The notes under the pieces are model-generated. The model made no database searches. It worked only from the letters and a program-made list of their open reading frames with translations, and was not told where the DNA came from. DNA of 64,000 nucleotides from Eledone cirrhosa (lineage: Eukaryota), in NCBI GenBank assembly GCA_964016885.1, contig OZ024753.1, positions 6,696,001 to 6,760,000 on the forward strand. The letters are read 5' to 3'. This document shows, piece after piece, positions 25,884 to 40,910 of the stretch (positions within the stretch are counted from its first letter, which is position 1; every line of letters begins with the position of its first letter). The position numbers were made by a program, and so were the translations under genes.

Positions 25884-28306
25884 TATATGCATACATATAT
25901 ATAGACATATATAGGGAAATAGTCAGGAGGTCAGAAGCGGCCTGAGTACATAAACTGGTCTGAGGTCAACTTAAATAAAGTACCCGTGTAGAATTGAGGC
26001 CGATTCTTCTTCTATATTTCTGTCTCACTTCCATTCTCTCACTCTTAATCTTCATGGAAGAAATCTGTTGGAGAGGAGTTGGCCTCTGCCAGGTTATAAA
26101 AGATGCCTTAGAAACGCTGCATCTCAATGCGACACCCATACAACACCTTCAGGGGTTTCATACACAAATAGGTAAATTTATGCAATCTGTGCAGTCGTCT
26201 ATGTTTGCGAGGTCGTGTGTAAGTCCATGTATATGAGTTTGAGTGTATGCGTGTTTAGTTATGAACTGTATATACCAGGAGTACCCAGAGCTTTCTTAAT
26301 AATATATATTTCATTTCTATAGAACCAACGTTCAATAAAACGAGATGAAGCGGTCGTAAGTTAAATGTACGGTCATGGCTTCAAGTCAGTAGCTTGGGAA
26401 AATGTAAATTTTGTACATTTTTCTTGAGGAACATTCAGGTAATTGAAGTTTGTAAAATTGATTTACCCCATGACTAATAGCACATTACCTTTTAGGTTCG
26501 CCGGGAGCTCAGTATGTCTTCATAGACATTAACTAATACTTAGAACAAAAGGAGAAAGGAAAAAGGTATCGATTATTTTCTTTCAGGAAACACAGGGCAA
26601 TGTATCTGTAGTGAAGATAGGAAAAAGAAATGGAATGGAATGATGTGCTGTTCCCCAAGGGCAACAGCTGATAACAGAATTTAATGATCATTATCGACTT
26701 TAGTTAGATAAAGAAAAAAAAAATTCTAGCTGAAAATACCACACGTACACACACATATACACATATATACACATATATACACGGTCACATAAATGCACAT
26801 AGAAATACTCATCATTCACTAGCTATGTTTTAAGATGCGTTTCGGTCGATTTGTAAAGAAAATATCAAAAGTGTGAACGATCTTACTAGTGAAAATTGTT
26901 GTAAATTCTATATTGCTAATGAATCAAATTCTTTAAATGACTTGTCGATGACTGGTTGAATCACTCTAGCCATCATTGATCGTGGAAGCTAAAAGCCAAA
27001 TTCCTTTGAGGCTGACAGCTACTACAAGCGAAATATAATGCATTGCCATTTTCAATCTCTGTTTACTCTCAAAATTCATGACATCCATTCAGTTCATTTT
27101 TTTCTTCCAATAAATTTTATTCTATTTTATCTTCATATATTCTAATCGATTTTACAGCTGCCATTTAAAATAATAAAACGGTTTCCTGATTAGTTAAAAG
27201 GAAAAGAAATCCGCGATTAATTAAAGAATTTGCGGACGCAATATTAGTATGGTAAACTTTCGGTCAACTTAGTCCGTGGCTCAAATCTTGATACACAAAA
27301 TAAAACACCATCATTTTTACTAGAAGGAAGAGGGGAGAATCTATAATTGAAGTCACGTACCTAATTCGCACTTTCTGCGTATTTCAAGAGCATTTCAAAC
27401 ATTGTTTTCTTCTAATATTCATGATTTGTGTTCTTGAATTAGATTGTTGTCTTTGAATTCAAAGATATTTCTTTAGTAATCAATTCTGTAGCAGCACGCG
27501 CCTTCTTTGAGAAGGTTTGTTGTCTTCTATAACCGGGCTTGGATTGCTTCTTAAATATTTAATACGAACCCGTTCTCGTTTATTACTGTATAAATCTCAT
27601 TGATGTCATTTATTGCTGGCATTGGTTTTCTTATAGATTCCTTCCATTCTGTAGAACATTGGAAGTAGGATCAAGAGCGACAAAGTTTTGACCTTATATA
27701 ACAATCTCCTTCATCTTCAATGAATTAGCAGACTTCCATTTGAAGAATCTCACCTAAAATTGAAGAATAGCGATGTCAGTTCAAACACGTGTTGCTATTG
27801 ACAGAGTGATTTCTATAATTTATCATCTGACAATAGTGTTTATAAAATCTTACCATAGTGTGTTGTGCGAATTAATTTGAAATGAATAGAAAGGGAATTG
27901 ATTTATTCCGTTATTATCTCCCATTGCTGTATTTTTGTTTGTTTGTTTTAATCCTGTTTGTCTGTTTTTTACCATCAAAGTGTTGATTTTCATTGTACTA
28001 TTTCATGAATTTGTTAAGGTTATTCTTCTTCTTGTACTCTTAGTGTAATTTTTTAATGTGATATATACTTTTTTATAATGGCATTTACGTTCTGAGTTCA
28101 AATCCTGCCGAGGTTAGCTTTGTGTTTCATCCTTACTGGATCAATAAAAGTAACGTACTGGGGTCGATTTAATTGACTTTCCCCTCCCTCAAAATTACTG
28201 GCCTTGTGCCTAAAGTAGAAATCATTATTTAGCCAGTTTTAAATGTCATCCTATAGCACTATGATGACCAACGCCAATTCATATGGGACACTCCTGTCCT
28301 GTAGCA

Positions 28307-28380
28307 GAGTGATTAATTTACCTAATGAGTGATTAATTTACCTAATGAGTGATTAAGTTACCTAATGAGTGATTGAGTTA
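28307..28380. repeat. 20 bp tandem repeat, about 3.5 copies
   Basis: Unit gagtgattaatttacctaat. Confidence 0.9.
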
Positions 28381-28474
28381 GTTTTCTCAGGGAGATCGAG
28401 TACTGTTCTTGAATTATTGCAATGTTCTCTCTTTCTTTGTATTGTTTGGAGAAGGAAAGAGATCTGTATATCTT

Positions 28475-28531
<57 letters not shown>

Positions 28532-28545
28532 TTATATATATATAT

Positions 28546-28583
<38 letters not shown>

Positions 28584-28985
28584 TTATATATATATATATA
28601 TATATATCTTTATATAAATACAATATCGGAGAAAGCTTTTTAGCGATACTCCGGCCAAATTCCACCTCACTCAACAAACATTAGGAAATAAGTGATTATA
28701 TTCCCAATTATGTGTTCGGGGTGCTAACTAAAAGTATTGCGTGGAAAATTGGCTGTATTATTTCAAATGAGACATATCTAATATATCTTTATATATATAT
28801 ATCTTTATATATATATATATCTTTATATATATATATATATCATATTATATTTAGAGTTTAAACTCAAACAGTCATTTATATATATATATATCTTTATATA
28901 TATATATATATATATCTTTATATATATATCTTTATATATATATATCTTTATATATATATATCTTTATATATATATATATATATAT

Positions 28986-29021
<36 letters not shown>

Positions 29022-29051
29022 TTATATATATATACATATATATATATACAT

Positions 29052-29092
<41 letters not shown>

Positions 29093-30769
29093 TTTATATA
29101 TATACAGGAAGACAGAGAGATGAGAGTAGATAGTAGCGAAATAGGTAGGTAGAAAGGGAGAGAAGAATGGTCACAGCGAAATATACATATACATACATAT
29201 ATAATATATATATATATTTATTTATTTACAGGTAAAATTCCGAAGTTTCTAGTATAACGAATTTTTTCCAATCCCCGGCCACATGTTCGATGTGTTAGGT
29301 CAATCTAGTTATCAAGAATTTTTCGTTCCAACGACTTTTTTTTTATACCCCGTGAATTTCGTTATAACGGAATTTCACTGTATTAATCTGTAATAATGAA
29401 CACACTTTCTTTTTTACCTATCGTACATTTTTCAGTGATCTTATTTCTTACACCTCATGTTAATCAACTAAGACCAAGAAATACTATCGTGTAGTCCTCA
29501 GTTAAACAGTTTTTCATATCACATAGATTGTCTCCGTGCACATATAACTCCAGGAATGAGAAAAGTGACCTGGTGTATTGAAACATTTTCGCCTTATTGA
29601 TTCATATAGTATCACTCTTGCATACGATAGATAATTTATTTTACTCCATGCAGCTGATACATTATGCAGGTTAAATGACAGCATAGAAACTCCCATGCTG
29701 CTCCAACGGTCCATCGGCATATAAGTTGAATAATGATCGCCATTGCCTAATGTAGAACCGTGAATGACATAGATAAATACGATTTCAATTCGACCCTCAT
29801 GAATTATTCTTAACGAGATTTGATGGAATATTTTATCAACTGTATTACAAGTCGAATAAGATTTATGGGTTTTGTCAATAAGTATCATAATACAGAGTAT
29901 TCTAATTCAGAATCATATGAAAACCTAGTTATGCGGTTCGGAAACAAGTTTGTCACCTCTCATACATACAAAACATTCCATAGACGTGTCGATGAGAGTT
30001 TGTCTCAAACGTTACTTGATCTATTATAGATGGCAACTAAATATATCTTTATTCCGACGTTAATATCTTGTCGAAAGAATGATACACTGGAATATGTTAG
30101 AGTTGTGTATTTCACAGACACCTCTAAATCGAATCTAAAACTTGGGCACAATTTGCGTAACACCGAATGACGAATTTTTCACCTTTATGTACAGTCTATC
30201 CGAAGGGTTTCCTACCAAATTTCACTCACAGACAGAAACTAGGGAGTGACACACTTGCCAATAATTCAAACGAATGGAATCGAAAATAAGACCAAATGTT
30301 TACATCGTAGTTGTGTCAGTTTAAAAGAGATGGTCTTTACTTCAAAATGATTGACCACATACATCATCTCGATTATGGCAGCACTGAACAAAACAATAGT
30401 AGGGGTGAAGAATGACCCTCGTCACCCAGATTGTTGTATGTCTTCAACAACAGATACAACATCTCTCATACTTTTACCCTGCTTATGTAAAAAATAAAAT
30501 ACATAAATAAAACAATCAGTTAAAAATATTTACGTTAATTATTTATAAGTTTTCTGTTGTTTGACTTTCAACTTCATATTGGAGGAGAAGCTCATGAAAA
30601 TGTTCTTCATATCTAACGTAGCAATTCCCATCAATTTCCACGCTAAAAGAAAAGAACAAATTAAATGAAAGAAATATTTTTTAGTTTTATTTCATTTCTA
30701 CATTGCACAATAATTCTATTAACATATATATTGTCTCAGTTAATATAACTGAATCTCCTGAACTGCGTT

Positions 30770-31240
30770 GACGGATATTTTCCTGCTTTTCAGACAGAAT
30801 ACTGAAGCTGGTGCATTACTACACCAGCTCTTGTAATTATTGCACTTAATTCAACCTCCTGCCTTCCAACACTCGTGAGCACTGCCCCTAGATACTTTAA
30901 ATCCTCCCCCTGCCTCAGAGGATCTCCACCCATATGTAAATAACGCTAGCCAGGTTTCCTTCAGAGGACGAGTGTCTCAGTTTTCGAAGTACTGATGTCT
31001 ATTCTGTTATACGGCACTCAGCAGCAAAGCTAACTAGTGCATGTCGGAGATCAAGTAATAACATGTCGTCCACAAATCCAAGCCGACTGATCCTTAACCC
31101 TCGTGTCTTGTTATCATTCCCAATCCGGATGTCAATGATGTTCATAAAGATTATGAACAGGAGAGGTTACTGTAGGTACACGTGGCTGAGTCCGAAACTC
31201 ACATTGAATGGTTTCTACTAAGCACCATCTAAACTATAAT
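30770..31240 (-). mobile_element. Decayed RTE-like reverse transcriptase fragment
   Basis: Minus translation LLFIIFMN...RLGFVDDMLLL...ISTSKTETLV...LKYLG, with RT motifs (F/Y)xDD, KT and KYLG and with stops. Confidence 0.8.
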
Positions 31241-31321
31241 AAAGTAAGGAGCGCGGGACTGCATCCAGAATATAATTTGTTATCCCGTTTGTAAAATACG
31301 TTGGATTACTTTGAATAAATA

Positions 31322-31520
31322 ATTGTTTCTACATTTGGCACAAGGCCAGCAATTACCCAGCAATTACCCAGTGCATTACTGGTACTTTATTTTATCGACC
31401 CCGTAAGGATGAAAGGCAAAGTTAACCTCGGCAGGATTTGAACTCAGATCGTAAAGGGACGTAACTCTGCTGGAAAGCATGGCGTCCGACTCTCTACCGA
31501 TACTGCCAATCCACCGCCCT
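31322..31520 (-). mobile_element. Family A SINE with a 16 bp target site duplication
   Basis: actttgaataaataat at about 31308 and 31523. Confidence 0.85.
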
Positions 31521-32434
31521 AAACTTTGAATAAATAATGAATGAATATTACATAATTTATCTACTAAATTTCGTGGCTGTTCATTATATATATGTTATTA
31601 CTTATTTAAAGATTCACTTCTTTAAAATTTTCAAATGTCAACACTTCCGGTTAGCGATCGCCTAAATAAACATTCATATATTTTCGTCACTAATTTTCTC
31701 CTAATGCAGGTTATATATAATATCGTCTTTTTTTAATATATCATGGATTAGGTTACTGATTACATAAGACAGTGTAACGCAGTCTTCGTTCAATTTCTGT
31801 GTATATTGTCCATTACGATTTCATTTGATATATCATATCTACATGCATATATACTTGCATATAATATCAATATACACACTACACATGCAAGCAGAAAACC
31901 ACTCGAAGGGTGGTTGTCTGCTAGTTTATCTAAATATTTATCTAAATACTCGGGCATTCGTATAGAGATATCAGGGCAACAATAAGCTGGCCGTTAACAC
32001 CCATATTCTTGCAGAACCTTCCACATCAGTTGCCGTGGAACGCGATCTCATGCTTCGTCGTTGTCTGCGAAAGAAACATTCACCTCTTGGCAAATAAAAA
32101 TGAATAATAGCAGTTAAAATGACAGCATTTATATCTTTCACTCGTCGATAAATCACATTAGCTGCGACAATCTAAACCACTCACAATAAAATATAAATAC
32201 GATATGAGATTTCATTTTAAAAATCCAAGACATGCATATAAACACACACAAAAAAAAAATGTATGCAACAGATATACTCTAAACGGTACTATAGATTTTA
32301 AACATATATTGAAATCCCGTGTGTATTACAATAATATTTTAAACAATACAGTGAATTTTAGATATATAAAGATGAAGAGAGCTTTCATAAACGTTTTAGA
32401 GACAAACACATACATATACATACACACACACAAG

Positions 32435-32493
<59 letters not shown>

Positions 32494-32585
32494 CCAAAAG
32501 TTTACATGGTTCGTTGATTGTTCAACGAATTCAATTTTACAATAGATTAGTAGCACTCGACAGTGATTTTTATCTGGAGTATTTA

Positions 32586-32798
32586 ATATTATTAAAAATA
32601 TTCATAAATGAAAAATATTCTCATAACCAAAATATATATTGTATTATACATATTTCAAGCGGTATGTCGCATATCCAATCTCTCATACATTTTATCTGAT
32701 GAAAACGTACTTAAACACCATTGTACCTTTGAAATATGTAGATTAAAATATATATTTTGGTTATGAGAATATCTTTCATTTATTAATATTTTGAATAA

Positions 32799-32800
<2 letters not shown>
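32586..32800. repeat. Inverted repeat with a degenerate HHR related to family H3
   Basis: CTGATGA AAACGTAC..GTACCTTT GAAA TATGTA GA at 32696-32742; arms attctcataaccaaaatatata / tatatattttggttatgagaat. Confidence 0.65.
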
Positions 32801-32830
<30 letters not shown>

Positions 32831-33169
32831 CGCGCTCCATCACCTAACTGTAATAAAGTGTATCATACACAAAACGCCAGCATCAACAGTTTTCCAAAGA
32901 GATGACATGAATGGACGTGTGTTAATTTATTTTTCTCTAAAAATATTTTTTTCCGATTTCGCCCTGCCGCTCCCTTCAATATTTCTAATTTCTCATTCTT
33001 TGTTTTGATAAAGGACTTACGTCCGGAACGTTAAAACCTTCTTCCTGTTATTTCAAGCGTTAAACTAATATATTCCTTCCATATACTATACTGATTGTGT
33101 AGTTATTTCTGTCTACCTTTTACCCCCCCCCCCCCCCCATATATATACATATATATATATATATTATAA

Positions 33170-33412
33170 GAACAGATTAAAGTTTAAACAAAGAATTGCT
33201 GCTTTCACCCTTAACAGGATCTTCTGAAACTAAAAAAAAAAAACCCAAACAATCTGTGGTTAAATATTTCGAAAAACGTTGCAACCGAAGTAAAACAGGA
33301 AGACGATACTTTGCTTCGTGAAGACGTTCCCTGGCAATGAACGGAAAAAGGCGAGGATAATTACGTCGTTATGTGGAGCATTGGGAACAATTTCACGCAA
33401 AGGCAAAACCAC
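33170..33412 (-). mobile_element. HHR family H1 copy
   Basis: Reverse complement of 33181-33231: AGTTT CAGAAGA TCCTGTTAAGGGT GAAA GCA..TGT TT AAACT. Confidence 0.7.
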
Positions 33413-34041
33413 ATTCGGAGTTTGAGAATAAAGTAATAAAAATCAATAAATGAAAATGACAGAGGTTATTAAAATAGTAAAAGAAAATAATTGTTTCTAC
33501 TTTTGGCACAGGGCTAGCAATTATACCAGTGTATTACTGATACTTTATGTTATCGAACCCGTAGGGATGAAGGCAAAAAAAAAAAAAATAATGAGAACAT
33601 TAAAGCATAGTTAAGATTTAGGCCAGTGTATAAGTATGCGCTTACACATACATACATACACGTACAAATACATACATACACACATATATATACATACCTA
33701 TACACACACATATATATATATACATATACATGTATATATACACATATACACGCGTATACATACACATATATAAGCAAATATACAGACATATACACACGTA
33801 CACATACATATACATAGGCATATATATATATATATATATACGCGTACATGCATATACATACACACCTATACACACACATATATACATATACATGTATATA
33901 TACACATATATACGCGTATACATACACATATATAAGCAAATATACATACATATACACATACACATATACACACGTACACCTACATATACATACGTATATG
34001 AGCATATACATACATATATATACGCGTACATGCATATACAT

Positions 34042-34083
<42 letters not shown>

Positions 34084-35764
34084 GTGTGTGTATGTGTGTG
34101 TATCTCTACCTCTCTGTGTATGTGTATGTATCTCTGTCCCTCTGTGTATATATGTGTATCTGTGTGACACTCTCTATGTGAGTGTGTGTATGCCACTCTG
34201 TATGTGAGTATGTGTGTATGTGCCACTCTGTATGTGTATGTGAGTGTGCGTGTGTGTGTGCTAGGTGTCAATGGCGGTCTGTTGTTAAAAGTACCTTCAT
34301 GTAATATATATTTGCTTGGCCGTCCAGAAAAGAATACAACATCTCTATCTGGACAACCTTCAAAAGATGTGCAAGATGAGCACAAGATCTGCAAGTCCCA
34401 CATTAAAATACTTGTTTCTACGATATGCACAAGGCCAGCAATTTGAAGAGGGGAGCGGAAAGTCGATAAAATCGATCCCCAGTGCATTACTGGTACTTTA
34501 TTTTATAACTAAACAGCAACAATGAACGAGATGGTGATGACGAAGAGGAGGGACGACGACGATAAGGGTGATGATAATAATTGTTTCTACTTTTGGCACA
34601 AGGCCAGCAAATAGCCCCCAGTGCATTACTGGTACTTTATTTTATCGATCCCGTATAACGATGAAAGGCGAAAGTTAAACTCGGCGGGATTTGAACTCAA
34701 AATGACAAGGGCCGTAACTCTATGCAGCAAATCATGCTGTCTGACCCCTACCGATACTGCCAATCCAGATAATGATGATGATGATGATGATGACAACGAC
34801 GATGATAAGGATGATAATTACGATAATGATAATGAAAGGCAAAGCTAACCTCGGCGGGATTTAATATTATGAGTATATTCGTTCGCGTAAAACCAGTCCA
34901 AAGCATGTACATCAAAACTAACCATTACCATATAGTTCTAGATGTCTTGCGCATATTAAAGCAAGTCTAATCACAGAAGATTGCTTTCAAAATTGGAGAG
35001 AGAGTAACTACCCTTATTAGCGCCATCTCTCCAATTGTTGTTCATATAACTTCTTTTGAAAGTAAAAATATCGAATGTAACTGTAACAATAAAACACATT
35101 TTCAATGGCGGAAGGAAAACTGCTGTTGACTGAAAAAAGTTTTTAAATCGAAATAGAGCTTGAAGCTTTCATATTAAAAACGTATGTGTTGGAATGACGT
35201 CGGCACCAACAAGTATAGAATTATAAATTCAACTAATAAAAAAAGCCGTGAGTGATAACAGTTAAACATGTTTTAATCACAGTCACCATTCGTCGATAAA
35301 TCTGTTTAGCTGCAACAAAATATATCGATCACGATCAAATATAAATATAAGTGGCATAATGGTTGACGTTGAAGATATAAAAACGATGTAAACCTATATT
35401 TGCTTGTCGATGAAAGAGCAGGTGACAGTGTGTGATAAAACATCGACAAAATTTCATTATTAAACAAAAAAAAAAATCTAATAGTGATGTATATTAAATA
35501 ATTAATTTTTAATTGAAAGCAACGATAGAATCCTGTATTTCCACGTTGTTCCAAAAGCGATGATGTTACACGTATAATATTAACAGTGAGTTTATTTACG
35601 GATTCACATCAATCACTTTACGTTTCTGGTGACACATAAAGGTCGACAAATGAGTAGATGTATGAGTTTAACATATGTGAAATTAATAGAAAATACAACA
35701 GACATCTATTTACGAGAAATGCGCCGGTGCAATGGAGTGACAAGCAAAGAACATATATAAGAAG

Positions 35765-36222
35765 GCCCCACTCGATCACCAAAGACCATCGTTTTGCACC
35801 TAGAAACTTTCCCTCCGAGGCACAAGCCTGGGTTCGTTTTGTGGAAGACCAGCAGTCGCACATGCATATAGGTGCACCTTCTCCACGCCACCGATGCTGT
35901 CCAAGGGAAAGGCATGACCGATTCAGCTTGGCACCAGTGACGGCACAATATATATATACATATACATTATATATATATTATATATCCTCTGTGTACAGTA
36001 TATATTATACACTATATATGATGATGTCCAAGGCAAAAGAAATAACCGATACAGCTTGGCACCAGTGACGTCACAAATAATTTCTACAGCTGAGTAAACT
36101 GGAGCAACGTGAAATAAAGTGTCTTGCTGAAGAACACAACGCATCACCTGGTCCGATACTCAAACTCACAACATCTCAATTGCAAGCCCAATTCTCTAAC
36201 CACTAAGCCATGCGTATTCACC
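35765..36222 (-). mobile_element. CORE-type SINE interrupted by a TA-rich tract with a local duplication
   Basis: tRNA-like head at about 36150-36222; cagcttggcaccagtgacg occurs at both about 35924 and 36051. Confidence 0.7.
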
Positions 36223-36299
36223 ATATATAAGTTAAAACAATATCATATAAGAACCCTAACAGAAAATGAGTTATTTCAAACTTCCATTTTTATGTTATA

Positions 36300-38610
36300 A
36301 TTGTTTTTACTTTTGGCACAAGGCCAGCAATTACCTCAGTATATTACTGGTGCTTTATTTTATCGACCGCGTAAGGATGAAAGGCAAAGCTAACCTCGTC
36401 GGGGTTTGAACTCAGAACGTAAAGGGCCGTAACTCTTTGCTGCAAAGCATGGTGTCCGACTCTCTACCGATACTGCCAATGATAATGGTTTCTTATATTA
36501 GGCATAAGGCCCGCAATTTTGGAAGATGGGGAATGTCCATTAAATCGAACGTAAAGGGCCATAACACCATGCGGGATAGCATGGTGTCTGACGCCCTACC
36601 GATACTGCCAATCCATTTCTGTGTATATAAATGTCTACGATTCTGTCACCAGACGTAAAGAGAGAGGAGGAGTATGTCAATACGGCACCCCTCCGACTCT
36701 ATCAGGATTTACGGAACCATACATACAAATATAATACCAGTCTAATAATGGGGTCGATTCTTCCTCTACCTTTCTCATTTCCTCTCTCTCACTCTCTATC
36801 TTTCTCTATAAGAAATCTGCTGTACTCAGGATTGGAGAGGGAAGGACTCCACCAGACTTCAAATGCCCAAGAAACGCCGTATGTCTCTAACAAGAGTTAG
36901 GGACCATACATACATACATACATATGGTGGCTGAAACTCGTTTTCGAGTACGGCCACTACTTTATATCCATGTAGGAGAACTCCTACCGAGGCGCTGAAC
37001 GAGTGTGACTTTTTAGTCCAGCCAGCGACTTGAAAACTCTGGTACAAACACTACACCTGTGACAATTATTGACACATAGTGCTGGGCCCATGGTACCATG
37101 TGATGACAAGTGCAGAGAGATCTCCATATATAAAGCAATGCCTGTGCTGTGAAGCTTTTATAGTTAGCAAAGGCACTGCACAAAGCCAGTCCCACTCTCT
37201 TAACCAAGTTGATATTTACCAAAAAGAAGAACAAGTCAACATCATTGGATACCATCAGGGTTGCAGGTGTTATATCAGAGTTTTCCTTCTCCTAGAATTC
37301 TGCCTTGACAAAGGCTAAGGGGTCATCTCTCCCGGTGATTTTGGATGGCCATTGACTCTTAAGAGCTCCTTTGCCCTTTGACAGGTTTTGTTTTTAGTCC
37401 TGCAGGATGTCCAAAGTCACCCTCCTCACCAAGAAACCTTGGTGGGGTTGCCAGTTTAGTCGCCAACGACCCGACCATGGGACAGGTTGTACTGGGATAC
37501 ATGTTACCAGTAGCAGCAACTGGTGACCTGACATACATATATACATGCATACATACATATATAATACCAGTTAAATGCGGGTGTTGATTCTTCCTCACTA
37601 TCTCTTTCTCGTTTCCTCTCTCTCAGTTTCTATCTTTCTCTGGAAGAAATCTGCTGTCCTCAGGCCTGGAGAAGGATGGGCTCCACCAGGTTTAAAATCA
37701 CCAAGAAACGCCCTATGTCAATACAGAACCCCTACGACTTTGTCAGGAGTTAGGGGACCATATATACATACAAATATAATTGTTTCTACTTTTGGCAGAA
37801 GGCCAGCAATTATCCCAGTGTATTACTGGTACTTTATTTTATCGACCCCGTAAGGATGAAAGGAAAGTTAACCTCGGCGGGATTTGAACTCAGATGGTAA
37901 AGGGCTGTAATTCTTTGCTGCAAAGCATAGCGTCATGCCCTCTACCGGTACTGCCAATCCACCACCCATTGCCACAACACCGCTCATACATACAAATATA
38001 ATACCAGTCTAATAATGGGGTTGATTCTTCCTTTATATCTCTTTTCTCATTTCCTCTCTCTCACGAAGAAATCTGCTATACTCAGACCTGGAGAGGGAAA
38101 GGCCCCACCAGACTTCAAATGTCCAAGAAACGCCGTATGTCAACACAGCGCTCCTTACCACTCTATCAAGAGTTACTGGACCATACATAAAAATATAATT
38201 GTGTTTCGACTTTTGGCACAAGGCCAGCAATTACCCAGTGTATTACTGGTACTTTATTTTATCGACCCCATAAGGATGAAAGGCAAAGTTAACCTCGGCG
38301 GGATTTGAACTCAGAATGGCAAGGGCCGTAACTCTATGCGTCAAAGCATGGCGTCCGACCCTCTACCGATACTGCCAATCCACTGGCCATAAAAATACAT
38401 AAAAATATAATACCAGTCTAATAATGGGGTTGATTTCTCGTCTATATCTCTTTCGCAATATCTTCTCTCTCAATTTCTATCTTTCTCTGGAAGAAATCTG
38501 CTGTACTCAGACCTGGAGAGGGAAGGGCCCCACCAGACTTCAAATGCCCAAGAAACGCCGTATTTTAAACGGCGCCCCTACGACTCTATCAAGAGTTACG
38601 CGACCTTAGA
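36300..38610. mobile_element. Composite array of family A SINEs (minus) alternating with subfamily C tails (plus)
   Basis: tataataccagt...gg.tgatt units start at about 36730, 37560, 37997 and 38406. Confidence 0.75.
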
Positions 38611-39029
38611 TACTATACAGAAAAATATTTATTTGTTGACTAGTTGAGCGAAGAGAAGCTGGTGCGGTATTAATTCCTTTCTTAAAATCACACAAAACAG
38701 AATCAAGAAAGATTATTGTTACAGAAGAAATTGTTTCATGTACACATACTTGTGTATGCAACAGTCATATTTCTATTGTATTTTATGTCGTAAGCATGAA
38801 GGAATGTTTGGCATCTTTTGTGCATGCCGCTGTATAGTTCATTATTATGTTATTTATGTGACGATTCTTCACTTCTAATTTATTCATTTTTGCCATGCAG
38901 CGATATTGCATGATTTCTGTCATGTATTCATTAGATTGTGTAAGCAGATCGTTTGTGTTTTCTGAAAGGAGAGGTTTTTCATTTTCTGCTATTTTTTTAT
39001 GATCATGGATTTCTTCTATAATTCTCTGA

Positions 39030-39060
<31 letters not shown>

Positions 39061-39334
39061 AATATATATCTATAGATGTGTATGTGTGTGTGTGGCAGTT
39101 CATAATATATTTCAAACTAAGTGTCAAAACATTCGTATCGTCATTTTATACTGATGCAGGTGAATATTGGTTTCGCCGTGGTGCTGTCATGCCCTAATGG
39201 TTCTGACTATTACTGTATCCGTTTTATCGTTCCTTAGATTGAATATAGGTGGGAGTGAGGAGCTGAATTCTCTCTCTCTCCCTCTCATCTCACATATATA
39301 AATATATCTATATCTATATATATATATATCTATC

Positions 39335-39429
<95 letters not shown>

Positions 39430-39441
39430 CTCTCTCTCTCT

Positions 39442-39493
<52 letters not shown>

Positions 39494-40623
39494 CTATCTA
39501 TATATATATACATATATTTAAATATATATATATATTTATTGATACATTTAAATATTTATATATATTTATATACATATATATATATTTAAATATATATATG
39601 TACATATATGTACATATATAGATATAGATATAGATATTTACATATATATATATATCTATATATATATCTATCTATATATATATATATATATGTGTGTCAC
39701 TATCTTATTTTCATTTTGCAACATTAATCTCCTACCAGAGATCACTTATAATGGTCGGAATGATGTCACACACTGATATTCAATTCATGAACAGAGAAGA
39801 AGCTCTCTTGGAAAAGATAAAGAGCCCGCGTTATGTATTAAAGTCCTTTCCATTTGAAGTTTATCACGTTCCCCTCTACTGACAGTCCATCTTACATTTT
39901 AAGGGCCGATACCAATTCAGTATTGATATCGATCATATCGATTACTACCTTCTTAAAAATATGTAACATAGAGATGACATTTGAATCGTACAACATTCGA
40001 ATGAAAGAAAGCGGAAAACATTTGGTCATGACCCCTTTGTGGAATTTAATTATGATTTATAAAGCTCCTAGCAGTAGAGACTTCTGGTGTCCTTGGTCCT
40101 AGAGCTACCTCACTATTTACCACCATAGCTACTGAGTTGGGTAGCCGCAGGTGTGAGTCTCGCGAGATGGAATGGTTCTTCCAGCCCACCCCCCTTATCA
40201 CCTCCGGGGAAATGCCTTCTCCGTTCTGTACACCGGGTTCGTGGGGCGGCCAGCACAAGGGACCCAATTTGCTCATAATAGTGAGAGATGGAGGCGATGA
40301 CATTGGGAGTGCGGCTCCTGCGTTCCGACCTGCTGTACATGTATCATATAGTCATATTTATCTATATACATAGTATTCCATCATTTGAGTTTTATTGTAC
40401 AACAGAATAACTTATAAATCAGTTTATAAAAGGCGGGATTAAACAACAATGTTTTACAGATACTGTTGTGTGATTTTCTAGAACAAGCTGCAACTTCGAA
40501 TTCACTGTCACTCTTCCTTTCGTAAGATGTTTAGTTTAAACCCAACAATTTGTTACTATAATCGTAGTAGCTGGCTGTTTTATAGCTATTACCGTGATTA
40601 AAATTACTACAATTTTACGAAGT

Positions 40624-40869
40624 ACTAGACCACCCGTCACCCTTTGGGTCACGTTTACTTCAAAATATTTTAAAAAAATCAAGTTCACTTAAAAATAATT
40701 TTAAAATAATTAAAATATACACAGACATGTATATAATGTTAAATGAAACTGGAAGGCCCATATATATATACGTGTGTATATGTATATATATATATATATG
40801 TGGGTGTCTGTGATATGTATACACTTGTCTCACACACACATACACACATGTATTTACAACAACACCAGC

Positions 40870-40910
<41 letters not shown>

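Noticed and set aside
29514-29888. ORF with IHGSTLGNGDHYSTY resembling a USP His box
   Set aside because: No Cys box or other USP motifs, and the opposite strand is similarly open; likely chance.
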